From Sphagnum compactum (taxonomy: Eukaryota): a stretch of 64,000 nucleotides of DNA. Of this stretch, positions 14,641 to 28,125 are shown in pieces. Below the pieces are notes generated by a model, which worked only from the letters and a program-made list of their open reading frames with translations, had not been told where the DNA came from and did no database searches. The stretch is taken from contig OZ234493.1 in assembly GCA_965153455.1 (NCBI GenBank), positions 18,404,213-18,468,212 on the forward strand. Direction: 5' to 3'. The translations under genes were made by a program, and so were the position numbers. Position 1 is the first letter of the stretch; each line of letters opens with the position of its first letter.

Positions 14641-15169
14641 ATCATGGAGAAAATTGATATAAGTGATTTTGGATGTGAAGGATTGGTTGGAAAGCCTTCA
14701 AGCAAAAGCTTGCTGGTTTCCAGATAATCATTGGGAGTAGAAAGTCTCTCAATATCTGTGACAAAAAGAAAAAGTTAAAACTTTGCTCGAGGATACGATT
14801 TTTGTGTGGAAATGCCAGACATATGGCAATCATGCAGGCAATTAAGGAGATGCAACCAGGTGGCAAATCCGTTGGAAGAGTGAGACATGTGGTTAGACAA
14901 TCAATAGTACGAGATGACAAATATGCGAACGGTGTTTTATTCCATCATGAACTTTGAAGCATGGAGAATTTATGTATTAAAGTCTTCTTCTGAGACATGG
15001 TGCTGAACTGCAGCTTGTTCATGGAGAAAATTGATGTGATTTTGAATTGCACAGAGGGTTGGTTGGAAAACCTTGAATGCTTGCTTGTTTCCAGATGATC
15101 ATCTGGAGTAGAAAAAATTTCAACATCTGTGGCAAAAAGGAAAAATATGCTGAAGGGTTTTCCAATAAG

Positions 15170-16654
15170 TGATTTTGACTCTATTCTTATGTCTGTTTGG
15201 ACGTACAAGATCTCCTCATGTCACAAAACCCCAAGTACCAATCTTATTAGACAGAAGGAGATCATATTCTGCAGTCATCAGGCACTATGCTCTCGATGGT
15301 TTTAGCACCACCACACAATGCAACGTTACCCTGGGAATGAAGCTCAGTGATTGCAGTGAAGTGGTGGATGACCTGGGGTGGAGATTAAAGCTCTGTTCTG
15401 CAGCCTTGTGCCAAAAACAGACAATTTGGTGCCAGACTAATTACCAGCAGCCAGGTACTTATTTCCTTGGGATCTGCTATGGCCTATGCATCCTTTAGCT
15501 TGCAAATGGATGGAAGGGTGATTGTAAGTAACGGAGTGAGAGTGATGTTGAATGCTGAAAATGTCAGAACCATTAGTGGCACAAGTTGCTCAATGCAGTT
15601 TGTTTGCAGTCCACCCTATATTGGAGCTTTGAATTCCAGTTGCCAAATTGAGGTTGCCTCTAAGGTAGTGCATTTGACAGTTTATGTTTAATGACCCTTT
15701 CTCATGGCAGATGTGCAGAATTAGAACAATATATTGTTGGGCACAGGAGAACAAACAGTAGGATATGACATTGCAAAGAAGATATCCAGATGGGTGTCTG
15801 GCTCATCAACAAGGGTGATGCCTATATGGTGAACATGGTGTACAAGTGCAGACATAGTGGACTACAACCTCTCCATCATCTTCCAGTCCTAGAGTTGTGG
15901 CACAAATTACCTCTGTATCCAGTTTCACATCATTTAAGCAAAAAAGTTAGAAAGAAACCAAAATTTCAATTTCTTTTGTCTTCATTTTACTTTAGTGGAA
16001 GTTTGGGCATCATAAGCTGTGTGCCTTCATATTTTCCTTTGAGAGCTTTGCTACCAAGTTTCTGGTCAAAAGGCCCACAAGCTCAAAACCAAAATTCATC
16101 CACTGATTAGGGTGGAATAGCTGATGCAGGTTTACAACCTGTAGTTCCTGAGCCTCATAATTCTTGTCCATTGAGGTTTCAATTAAACAGTGATGGTGTC
16201 AGAGTTGATGAATCAATTGATGCGCTTACTACAATGTTGCAAGAGGTTTGAGGTATTTTTCTTCGAGGAATTTCATACAGATTATGTAAATTAATATCAG
16301 TGTAAATAGCTCAACAGAACTGTGCACAACCCCTTTCAATGCTGAATACTTGGTGCTAGGAACACCTCTGGGGTTGTGATCTTCAGTTTGTCATCTGTGG
16401 TTGAGGGAACATTAAGGGGAGTTGCTTGCAATGGTCTCTCTAGTGACATGCAATGTGTTCATTTTAACTGCAAGCAGTCAATCTAACTTGGAGCATGTAG
16501 CTAAGGTGTGTGAAATCAACCCAGATGAGTTTGCAGAGATTGATTACTTTGCAATTTATATTTCTTGGGTGAGCCTGTCTTCAAGAGCAACTTCCAAATT
16601 GGGAAGCTCACCTCTAACAAGTATGATAGAACAAATTGAGAAGCCCTTCCCAGT
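15170..16654 (+). pseudogene. Unidentified decayed coding-like sequence; target of the two MULE insertions, continuing at 22514-22551 and from 37569
   Basis: Coding-like composition, splice-like sites (AAG|GTAG near 15664, GGCAG near 15710); the 16422 frame stays open across both reconstructed empty sites. Confidence 0.35.
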
Positions 16655-19600
16655 GGTTGGAGTGAACCAGCAGCCACCAGTGCACCAGTTCAGGATGAGG
16701 CTGTTCAAGCTGTTTTGGGGATGAACCAAAAAACACATCCTCTTCCCCTGCCCAGGGATTTTTCGGCCCCCTTCTTTGCCCCAAAATTTTCCCCTCCTAC
16801 CTACCTCCCCCCAATGACCTCCCTCACCTCATTTCCCGTTCACTCCATCTCCAGAGCTCGGGAGAGCTCCCAAGCTTGAGTAGCACAGAACTTTGAGGAG
16901 ACATGAAACATAGGGCTTGAGGAAGGTGGAGAGGAGAATGCAAGAGGAGTGCTTCATCCCAAATGTAGAAGCAGGAGAAGAAAGGTAAGCTCCCTTCCTT
17001 TGCATTTTTTTTTCTTCTCTATGATTTTGTTTTTTTGTATTTTTTTTCTTTTCTTTTGCTTGAGAAGAAGAAGACGCCATCCACTTCTTCTTTTGTTTTT
17101 TTGTTTATGTTTGAAATGACAAAGGTATTGACACAAGTGTGATGTTGCCTTTTTCTTTTCTTTTGTTTTTTTGTTGCAAACAAGGCAACGACAACAAGCC
17201 TAATTTTTCCTTCTTTCTGTTTGAAATGAAGGAGATGACGGCGGCAAGCTTGTTGCCATTGCATTTTTTTTTCTTCTCTTGTTGTTATTGTGAATAAGGC
17301 AACGACAACAAGCTTCCTATCGTCGCCCATTTTTCTTCTTTTTGCTTGAAGTGAAAATGGGTGACGGCAACAAGCTTGTTGTCGTCACCTTTTCTTTTGT
17401 TGGTGTTGCTACAAAGAAGGTGATAGCAGCTGTCGTCGCCTTTTTCAAGTGTTTTGTTGCAAAGAAGGCAATGGCTTACTAAACCCTAAACCCTTCTTTT
17501 TTTTTCTCTTTTTTTTTCTTGGTCTTTTTACTGTGAAGAATTGTTAATTGTTCTTTAGAATTGATAATTAACAGTGATCTGCTGGTTTTTTTAAATGTTT
17601 AAGGTTATAATGGCTAAAGGAAGGAGACTAAAGAAAGTTGGTGGTGATTTGGAAGCTCAAAACTAAAAATTTATTTCATTAGAACCGACAATTGGGGAGC
17701 AAAATGTTACTCCATCAAAACCAAGAGTTGATGAATCAAGCAATCCATGTGGCTTAAACTTGGCAATGGTGGTTGTTTGCAATTCAAATGATGATATCCC
17801 TTCCAATACAGATTGGGAATTTTGATTGAAAAGTGGTGGATTAAATTGTTGTAGAATCTACATACATTGATCAAATGCAGAAAAAAAATTGTACAAAAAG
17901 ATTTAAATTTAATTATACCTGCACCTTCTATCATTTCATGGACAGTGTGGGATTTGTTTTTCAAAAAAAAATTATTACAATACTTGAAAAAGGTTAAAGT
18001 TTGTAATAATTGCATTTGATTATGTGATTTTATTTTTTGCAATATTTACATTCTGTTGTGTGATTTTTTTATGTCTAAGGTTTTAAAGTTAAGGTTTTTT
18101 TATTACAAAGTAAAAACTTATTTGTTTTTATAGTTTTTGGTTTAGGTCTGGAGTTTGAAACTGACTAGGCCTTTCAACCATTAGCACCCTCTTGTCCATT
18201 TAATATGGCTCGGAAGGATAAAGAATGGATGAACGTTGGGTCGAAATGGAAATGTAAAGTTGGCACTTGCATTGTTGCATATTCTACCAAATGGTTGTTG
18301 AGTAAGCATTTGGAGGTGCATGGCTTAGTGGTTAAAAAGGCCAAACCTGGGAAGCCTTCAATTTTTTAAGGAGGTCCTTGACATCAAGACCATGCTAAAA
18401 TGAACATTCGCATCTTGGGAAATGCCATGGCCATGCATAAACAAAATGATCAAAAGGTTGTTAATTGCATTTGTGCCAAAGCCCAATGTGAGTGGGATAA
18501 AATGGTAATTGTTGTAGAACAATGTCCACCATTACCAAAACCAACTTTGGTCAAATTAACTTCAAAACAAATGTTATAAGTGTTGGGTCTTAATGCTTAA
18601 GGCATGGGAAGCAAGCCTTGAAATGCAGCATCACTAATGGAGAAGGACGAAAATTTACAAGAAATGACTCAATCCATCCGTTAAACATATGCACGATGAT
18701 TGAAAATGGCATGGGATGTCAAAAATTGGGATTAGGAGTCCACTAAAACGAGTCGAACACAAACGTTGACAATTGTATTGAATTTCCATGAATCTAAAAT
18801 GATTCATGGAAAATAAGAAAAAATAATAATCAATATTTGTTGTTTTTTTATAATTTTGTTTCATCCAAGGTGTGTTAGGGTTTAATTTGGTGGTTTTTGG
18901 GTGTTTATAGGGTTTAGGGCAAAACAAAGGAGGAGTTTGTTACAAATGCAATTCATGTTGAAATGTAATGCCAACATTTGAACATTCCTTGTCATGTAGT
19001 AAGGGCTACAAATGCGACAATTGCTTACCAAGTTAAACACGACATTATAAATAGTGATATGGTTTTAGGTTTCCATTTTATATAGTTAGTTAATTCATTT
19101 TTTGGACTACCCACTTTTTGAACTTTGGTCCTTTGATATATTATAGAGAACCTTTTTTTTTCATTGGGTTCTTTAGCATTTTTTGATTCACCCATTTTTT
19201 TACATCTTTTATCAATATAATATTTTCTTCTAGTCACACTTCTTTGATGGGTATACGGTTAATCATATATGTTTTCTTTTTTATCATCTTCTTAGTGCTT
19301 TAGATGTAATAATCAAACTAAAATAGTCCCATATGCACATTTTATAATTAATTTGTGTGAGGTTTACAAAGATCAAAATGAACATAGTGCAATACCTACG
19401 TTTAGTGTATTATGATTCACATCACTTAAAGATTTTTAAAACAGTACCCACATTCTAATTAGTTTATTGGCATTTTCATGAAACCAAACATGCAATACCT
19501 ACATCCTTTTTATTTTAACTTCCATAAGGCCATTTCAAATATGCAATACTTGCATATAGGTCTCATAAATAGTTGTTGGTTTTTTACATCTATTGCAATA

Positions 19601-22504
19601 TTCGCATATAGGTCTCCATTGGAATATTTATGGGATTCATATGATTGAATAATTTAGTCTAAGTATCAACAAATAATGTCACAATTAATGAATTACCAAA
19701 AACAATTTCAAATAATGTAAATGATTGATCATCATATTTAAATAATCATTTATTTCTTAATATTAATTAATTGATTATTTGGTTGAACCTTAATTATTCA
19801 GATAATTAAAATTTAGATTTAAAAATCAAATTGATAATTTGATATTTAATTTATTATCTTAATTAAATTTTTTATGTTGATAAGTTATTCAAATCATTAT
19901 TTTAGATAATGATTCATGATAATTAATTTTCATAAAATTAATTTAGGTATATAAAAAGACATATTTTGGGTACCCAAACCACTTATTGGTTATTTGAAAT
20001 GACCTTACATGTGGGTATTGCATTTAGGGTGGACCTTTCATTTAAGGTTGATTAAATTACTTATGGATTCTTTAATTATTTCGAAATGAACTTACATTTA
20101 GGTATTGTATATAGGCCTTAATTTTCATTCAAAGGACACCCAAACTACATATTGGTTATTTTGAAATGACCCTACATGTGGATATTGCGTTTAAGGTTGG
20201 GTCTGCAACTCAGGTTACTTAAATCACCTATGGGTTATATTGAAATGAACTTGAATATGGGTATTACATTTACGGCGACGTATTCATATAATTTTATAAT
20301 ACCTGCACACATATTTATTTTCACCAACTACAAATTTGGCTTTAATTTTTTTAATAATTAAATAAAATTCGTAACAAAACACAAAAGAAGGTATGTCTCT
20401 TACCGTTTGGTCATATTTCCAAGCTGAGTTCTTTCACTTTAAAAAAAAAGAAATATAATGACATTGCATTGTTTTACATATGTTTAAGCCTTAAAAATTG
20501 TGCCCAAAATGCACCATAGATTTATTTTAATTATTATAAAATTGTAAAAAAAATGTTAATTAATTTATATGTCCCAACCTCTAAACCTAAACCATAATTC
20601 TAACATTAAATAGTAAATTTTACATTAAACCCTAACCCTTTGTACCATCAATGGGACCAATTTTTCATTATGTTTATTTTTATATATGTTAAATCATACT
20701 ATTAGGTGAACAAATAATTTTGAAAACATGAATCTCATGATGGATTGGTGGGGAATCAAATATTTAAAAAATATTTTTATGTTTCATGGTTAATGAATTA
20801 TCACAATATGATACGAGTATTGCATTTAAATTAAAGAGGGTTAAAAAATATTGAACTTTAACAATTATGGAACATATGGAAACAAAGGAGATTCATAATT
20901 GTGGTATAGATCTAAACAAATGATAGGATCAAAAACTAATACAATGAGCAAAGTCTAGAGTATAAACCTTAAGCTTTGATATGTATGAACCAAATTCTTA
21001 AACATTAAATCATAAGGCATAACTTTAAAAATTGAAATGATATTTTTCCATAAGCACTATTACAACTTTAACTAAACGAACCCTAACAAAAAAAAATCTT
21101 AGTGATATATGCCCTAAACCCAAGAAATTATGCAAAACATACAAATTATATAATGCAAAACAATTTTTTTTAAATTAGAAAATAAATTTTAAAGCTTTTA
21201 AACTACAAAGATTTACCAACTGAAGAGAAAACCTTAATTTTAAAAAACAATCAAATAAATTTCGTAAAAAACCAAAAGAGAAGTTAGGTTTGTTACCTTT
21301 GTATGATCTCTCCAAGCTAATTTTTTTCCATTTTCTTTGAAGAAGATATAGAATGAAATTGTATTATTTCACCTATGTCCAAACCTTAAAAATTTCCCCC
21401 CAAATTTAGTTTAATTTAGGTTAATTACTATAAATTTGTGAAAAACTTGCCAACTAATTTATGTGTTCCAACCTTAAACTTAAACCATAATTTAATAATA
21501 CATACTTATAATAATTACATGAAAAGATGTATTATAATGTCCATTCCATAAATAAATTAGGTAAACAAAATTTTGTAAACTATGAATTAATTAAACCAAA
21601 ATGGTTGCAATTATGACATTGTTTCCATTATAAATTGTTTATAATACCTACATATGGGGACCTATGTTCATCATCCATGAACTAGGGCGAACCTTAATAA
21701 ATTGATAAGTAGGATTAAGGGAGGGGTGGAAAAAGTGAGTAGGTAATTAGTTAGGTATTTAGCAATGTAAAAAACATAGGTAGGTAAGTAAACATAATGG
21801 TAGGTAGGAAGGTGGGTGCATAGGTAGGTAAGTAGGTATATAGGTAGGTAGTTGGGTTGGTAGGTAGGTTAATAAAGTAAAAAGGAATTTCAAGAAACAA
21901 GGTAAATAGGTTACTAAGGTAGGTAGGCATGTAGGTAGGCAAGTTAGTAGGTAGGAAAAAAGTTATTCTAGCAATGTAGCAAGGTAGATAAATTAGTACA
22001 TAGGAAACAAATTACCTTATCAAGGTGGCTAGGTTTGTAGAATACTTATGTCAATAGGGTGGTTGTGTATATAGGGTTGTTAAATAGTAAGGTAGCTAGG
22101 TCAATAGGGTACGTGTTAGTACAATGGTTACGTTAGTAGGGAAGCTAAATCGATAGGGTATGTAGTCAACAGGGTAGCTAGGTTAGGAGGGTAGGTAGTT
22201 AATATAATAGCTAGGTTAGTAGGATAATTAGTTATTAAGGTAGCTATGTCAGTAGGGGATAATTAGTAAGGTACCAAGGTTGGTAGAGTACTTATGATAG
22301 TAGGAAAATGAATAGGGTAACTATGTGTGAGGTCAAGTCTAAGAAAAAACAATCAAGAACAAACCCCATAAAAAAAAACATTAGTCAGCAGCGAAAATAA
22401 ATGGACTGTGATGAACCTCATATGGTGTCGAATGGAAGAATGCAGCCCATCTAGTGAACAGAATGGCGAACTGGTGCATTGGTGGTTGTTGGTTCATTCT
22501 GGCC
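16655..22504. mobile_element. MULE copy A, non-autonomous (5850 bp), transposase deleted
   Basis: TIRs of about 36 bp (GGTTGGAGTGAACCAGCAGCCACCAGTGCACCAGTT ... AACTGGTGCATTGGTGGTTGTTGGTTCATTCTGGCC); perfect 9-bp TSD CTTCCCAGT at 16646-16654 and 22505-22513; both arms are homologous to copy B in inverted orientation. Confidence 0.93.
17610..18816 (+). pseudogene. MULE accessory gene with C2H2 zinc finger (copy A), decayed
   Basis: ATG 17610 MAKGRRLKKVGG; acceptor TTTAG at 18145; CKVGTC-x12-HLEVH at about 18253-18321; ends ESKMIHGK* at 18816; several stops and frameshifts. Confidence 0.75.
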
Positions 22505-24732
22505 CTTCCCAGTGGTGTTGTCTTGCCACCAATTCAAAACTCAGTATAATAGGCCAAAATGAACCAGCAGCCACCAATGCACCAATTGGTCGTTTTGTCC
22601 ACTGGATGGGTTGTGTTTTTCATTCTGCGTCGGATGGGGTTCATCACAGTCCATTTCTTTTTGTTGCTGACCACTGTATTTTTTTTATTTTTATTTTTTT
22701 GGTTCTAGCCTTTTTTCCCCTGGACCTAACCTCACACATAGCTACCCTGTTCACTTTCCTACCCTCATAAGTATTGCACCAACCTTGGTACCTTATTTAT
22801 TATCCCCTATTAACACAACTACCCTAATAACTAGTTATCCTATTGACCTAGTTACTATACTAACCACCTACCCTACTAACCTAGCTACCCTATTAATTAC
22901 AAACCTTACCAACTTAACCACTGTACTAACTACCTACCCTATTGACCTAGCTACCCTACATACACAACCACCCTATTGACATAAGTATTTTACAAACCTA
23001 GTCACCTTGATAAGGTAACTTATTTCTTATGTACTAACTTGCCTATCTACCTAACTACCTATTTATCTATGTTTTTTACATAACCAAATACCTAATTAAC
23101 TACCTACTCATTTTTTCCACCCCCACCCCCCCCTCAATCCTACCTATCAATTTATTAAGGTTTGCCCACATGTAAGTATGATAAACAATTTATAGTGAAA
23201 ACAATGCCATAATTGCATCCATTTTGGTTTAGTTAATGCATATTTTACTAAATTTTGTTTACCTAATTTATTATTGAATGGACATTACAATACATCTTTT
23301 CATGTAATTATTATAAGTATGTACTATTGGATTATGGTTTAGGTTTAGGGTTGAGACACATAAATTAGTTAATAAATGTTTCACAAATGTATAGTAATTA
23401 ATCTAAAGTAGGCTAAATTTGGGGGGAAAATTTTAGGGTTTACACATATGTGAAGTAATACAATTGCATTCTATATCTTCTTAAAAAAGAGTGGGAAAAA
23501 TTAGCTTGGAAAGATCACACAAAGGTAAAAGACATATCTTCTCTTTTGGTTTTGTACAAAATTTATTTGATTGTTTTTAAATATTAACATATTTTCTTTC
23601 AGTCAATAAATATTTATAATATAAAACCTTTAAATTTTGGTTTCTAAATTTTTTCCTATGTCTTTTTAAATTTTTTTATTTTGCATTATATAATTTGTAT
23701 AGTTTGTATAGTTTTTTGGGTTTAGGACATATATCACTAAGACATTTTTTGTTAAAATTTGTATAGTTAGGGTTGTAATAAGGCTTATGGCAAAATATCA
23801 TTTGGATTTTTAGGGTTATGCTTTATGATTTAGTGTATAGGAATTTGATTCATATATTTCAAAACCTAAGGTTTATACTTTAAATTTTGCTCATTGTATT
23901 GGTTTTTGATCTTATCACTTGTTTATATCTATACCATAATTATGAATCTCCTTTGTTTCCATATGTTCCATAGTTGTTAGAGTTTAATATTTTCTAACCC
24001 ATTTTTGTATGAGTTATGATTTTTTAAGGTTGCGTTTTCAATTGGGATTATAAACTTTGGTGGAACGTTGTCATCTTTTATTCCTAAAGGTATGCATTTG
24101 TCTCTTGTTACTTCTTTTGTTTTTTTGTTTATATTTTCATAATTCAACCTCTTTTCATTTCATAGTTATTGGATATAAAAAGGGCGTCAAATTTCATTAA
24201 GTATACAACCATAAATAAAGGTTTTATACCTTTACATGGATATTTCATATTCAATATCTCTTTGTAGTTTATTTTTTCATACCCATATGCGAATAATGCA
24301 TTGACTCCCCACAACCAGCGTGGGTTTTATGGCTTAAGGCAGGTATTGCATTTTGCACCTCTCAAACAGTGTGCATTAATTATCATTATGTGGGTATTGC
24401 TACATGGGGTTTTTAGACATTGTGGGTTTAAGGTACAATCCGGGTATTGCATATGTGAACATTTTCAATGATGGAAGGTTTAATAGCTCAATGTGGGTAT
24501 TACCAAAGTTTGTTTTAGTATATGGGTTCATAATGCAAGTATTGTATGTTATGTACATTGGAACAGTAGGTATTTTATATCATGATATGGGTATTGTAAT
24601 GGGAATTCCAAGTCACAACATTGATTTTAAAGGAGCCATGTATGGATTGCATTTTGGGTTTTTGTTCAATGACGAATGTTTATAAAATTATAAATTTTCT
24701 TGGTGCAAGAATTTGTCCTACTTCCTTCAATC

Positions 24733-27512
24733 ATGAAAAGGGTTCTAAAGTCCCATTCCATTCATGTCCAAAACCCCACCAAGTCCTCTTTCTCAAACAA
24801 AGAGTTGGTGTGGACGTCCGGGATACACCATGGAGGGCAAAATAAAGTGACCATTCAATTTGCTTACGTTCCATATGCTCACATCTCAGAATTCTTGGAA
24901 GGTGAACGAGGGGATACGAGCACCCCTATGGAATGGAATGTTTACAAAAATTTCCAAGCCAAACAGATGTCAAGCAACCAACTATCAAAAACCACTTCGG
25001 GCATACATGGTAAACATTTATGGCATTAACCTTTTTAATTTCTTTAATTCATATACCAAAGATGTAATCCTTTATGTTTTGAAAGTTTTTTGGTCTGGGT
25101 ATCAATGTGGATATGGACCAGAGGACTATTGGGGAAAACTCAACCCACACTCGATCTATTAAACGAGGATGCCTAACATCATTCTCAATCAAATGTCTAT
25201 ACACACGACCTCATGTGGCTGAGATCACAATTTATCATAAAGCCCATACATGAATTGATGGGTCATTCGCACATGGTGAGCATGACCCAAAATCCATTTC
25301 TCGTATGTTTCGTTATGCTCCACGCATGTCACAAGCATTGAAGGACCACATATGGGCCCAACTAAGCTTAGGTTACACAACCAAACAAATATATGACAAG
25401 CATAAAGCAATTTGGTGGGAAGGTGTGAATGCGGGTCAAAGCATGACACGAGATGATTTCATTTGGCTTTAAAACATTGCATATTTGGATCGGAAACATA
25501 AAAAAGGGAGTTGGCATTTACACACCAACCCTGTAATTTCAATTCGGTCTTGGGCTCTCCAACATCCGAAAGATGTGTTCTTTTTCCAAGATGTTGGTGA
25601 AATCAACGGGACTCAAGTCCCATTCACCATAGGTATTCAAACACCAACTCAATGTGAGTCCATGCTATCATATGGTCACAATGCTGCCATTTTTATGGAT
25701 GCCATATTTGGCACAAATGACATGAAATTCCATCTATTCACCTTGATGGGGTTTGATGATCATCGCACGGGTGTCCCCTGAGCTTGGATCATTACAAGTA
25801 GGCAAACAGTTCAGGATTTGATCAAATGGTTAAAACCATTAAAAGAGAAGATGTTATCACACATGCCACATTGGAAACCATCATGTTTTCTCGTTGATGA
25901 TGCACTTCAAGAATTGAAGGCATTACGGTTAGTTCTATACCTAGTACCTACTTTGTGTTTATTTCCTTAAATGTTTTTTAATATATTTCATAAAAAAATT
26001 TATTACTTCAAATGCATTTTATGTTGTATTAACCCCATCCACTCATGGAGATTTTATTGCATATGTGTCCTTATTAGGGTCGTATGGGGTATGGACAAGG
26101 TTCCCATCTACCTTTGTTGTTGGCATGTTCTCAAAGCATGGCGCTTACGTGGTACTGAAAAAATCAAAGATGTGGAAGTGCGAGGTTGAATCCTCTAAGA
26201 CCTTCATGATGTGATCTACATGTCCATCAATCATGGAGAAACAATTGATGACTTCAAAGAGCGTGGGAGGGTTGCTGTGAGAGAAAACCTTCTTAAACAT
26301 AGGCCTGGTGATGGGTGGACAAATTATTTCTGGACTTATTACCATCAGTTTAGTAAGTGATAATATTTATCATGGTTTAGTATTCAAAATTCTTTTATAT
26401 AATGTTATTCATCCTTATGTATTATGTTTATGTTTGCAAAATTATGGATGGAGAGTGTTCGAAGAGTGTCCCATTCCAACCAAGACACCTAAGCGAGCAT
26501 TGAATCATATCATGGTGTGTTGAAATGTTGGCTTGTTCTTAACACAAAAGGCCTTAGAGGGCGTAGGATTGATTAGTTGGTGTGGCGATTAACAACAACC
26601 ATTGCACGCCATTATATGCACACACTGGAAATGAAAAAAAAAGGTTTCATAAAAAACAAGGTTATGGAGGCGATTATTACACGAAGTGTGGAAAAGGCAG
26701 CCCTTATTTCACTCACCCATGTGTACCAACCAACCCTTGAGAGTGATGGAGCTTGGGGCGTACGAAGCCAACACCTTCCCAATGTTATTTACGCGGTGAA
26801 ATTCCCATTCACCGAAATATTTTGTTGCACATGTGAATGGGCATTGCGAAGGAACATGTGTAAACACCAAATTGTGGTCATTCTCACATGCATAGACATT
26901 TCTCAAGAGGATATCATTCATTACTGTGGAACATGGTATGGATCACATCGTGGAGGGTTGGGTCACATGTTTGTGGACCCACGACATATTCCAGATGATA
27001 TGGAGTCCAATGATGATGATGAAGATGAACATCTTGAAGGTGATGATGGGATCATGGAATTTGATGGGCTCATGAACATGGAGCAAAATGATCTCCCTAT
27101 GGGTGCCATTGTAGGGTCTAATGACACAATAAATTCATCAACCCCAATGGAAAAGGCTCTTGCACAATTGGTCACTACAATGCAAGATATCACAAATGAA
27201 TGTAAAGAAGGTGATGTGACACTTTGTGAACATGCCACCTCACACATGAGAGTATCGGCATGTAATATTCGTAACATACGCCTCACAAAGGCAAATGTAA
27301 TTTCACACCTAGGATTGGTGTTACGCCGCGTAGAAGATGGATTGGGAAATAGTGTCAAACGGCTCAAAGATTGGCATGAAACAATGCTCAATCACACAAA
27401 TGTACGTACTAAACGATGTCACGAATTAATGTCTCAATTACTAATCAAGATTGTTGCCATTGGCACTAAAGAATTTTGTTTTATAATCAATTTTGTATGG
27501 AGGAAACCATAG
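24733..27512 (+). pseudogene. MULE (Mutator-like) DDE transposase with SWIM zinc finger, intron-containing, inactivated by stops
   Basis: FMDAIFGTNDMKFHLFTLMGFD..GVP*AWIIT (first D), SCFLVDDALQE (second D), LCCWHVLKAW (CxxH), ASIESYHG (E), SWIM CTCEWALRRNMCKH; introns at about 25010-25097, 25928-26077 and 26352-26440; stops at e.g. 25779, 26187, 26574. Confidence 0.9.
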
Positions 27513-27654
27513 CCCAAATTCTTTGAACATCATGTATTCAACACACACATGAAGTTTAATATGGCACAAAGGTTATTATTGTTTCCAAGTAATAAGCACA
27601 AAAAGTGTGAAATGCAAAAACACAAGGATAATGATAATATTAGTGTTAAATGCA

Positions 27655-28125
27655 GGTATTGTAACTAGGCCCCAAAATCCCAGTTGGTAAAAGTAAGTAC
27701 AAGTGCAAGTATTTCAATGATGCCCCAAAATTCCAGTTGGTAAATATAAGTACGGGTGTAGGTATTGCAATGAAACCCCAAAATTCCAGTTGGTGAAGTA
27801 AGTCCGGGTATTGCAAGTTTAAATGAAAAATCAAGCCTAAATGCAATACTCATCTAAATGGTTTGGATACCTTTAAGTGAAGACCTAGTCCTAAACATAA
27901 TATCCACCTGCAAAGTCACTTTGAAATAACCTAACCCTATATGCAATACTTGCATTCAAGGTTACTCCGAAAGTACGCATGTGGGGTTTAAGCCTTCTTT
28001 AAACGAAGATCCTACGCTAAATGCAATACCTGCATTTTGGGTCACTTCGAAAGTACGCATGTGGGGTTTAAGCCTTTTTAAATGAAGATCCTACCCTAAA
28101 TGCAATACCTACATTTTGGGTCACT
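27655..28125. repeat. Tandem repeats downstream of the transposase (about 52 bp x3, then about 79 bp x2.5)
   Basis: CCCCAAAATTCCAGTTGGT recurs three times; GAAAGTACGCATGTGGGGTTTAAGCC recurs twice; the units carry GTATTG/GCAATAC-like motifs. Confidence 0.85.

Noticed and set aside
21700-23110. Pro/Thr/Tyr-rich ORFs (21751-21942, 22785-22979)
   Set aside because: Translations of CCTA/TAGG low-complexity subterminal repeats of the MULEs.
26963-27391. 142-aa minus-strand ORF
   Set aside because: Antisense shadow of the transposase C-terminal exon.
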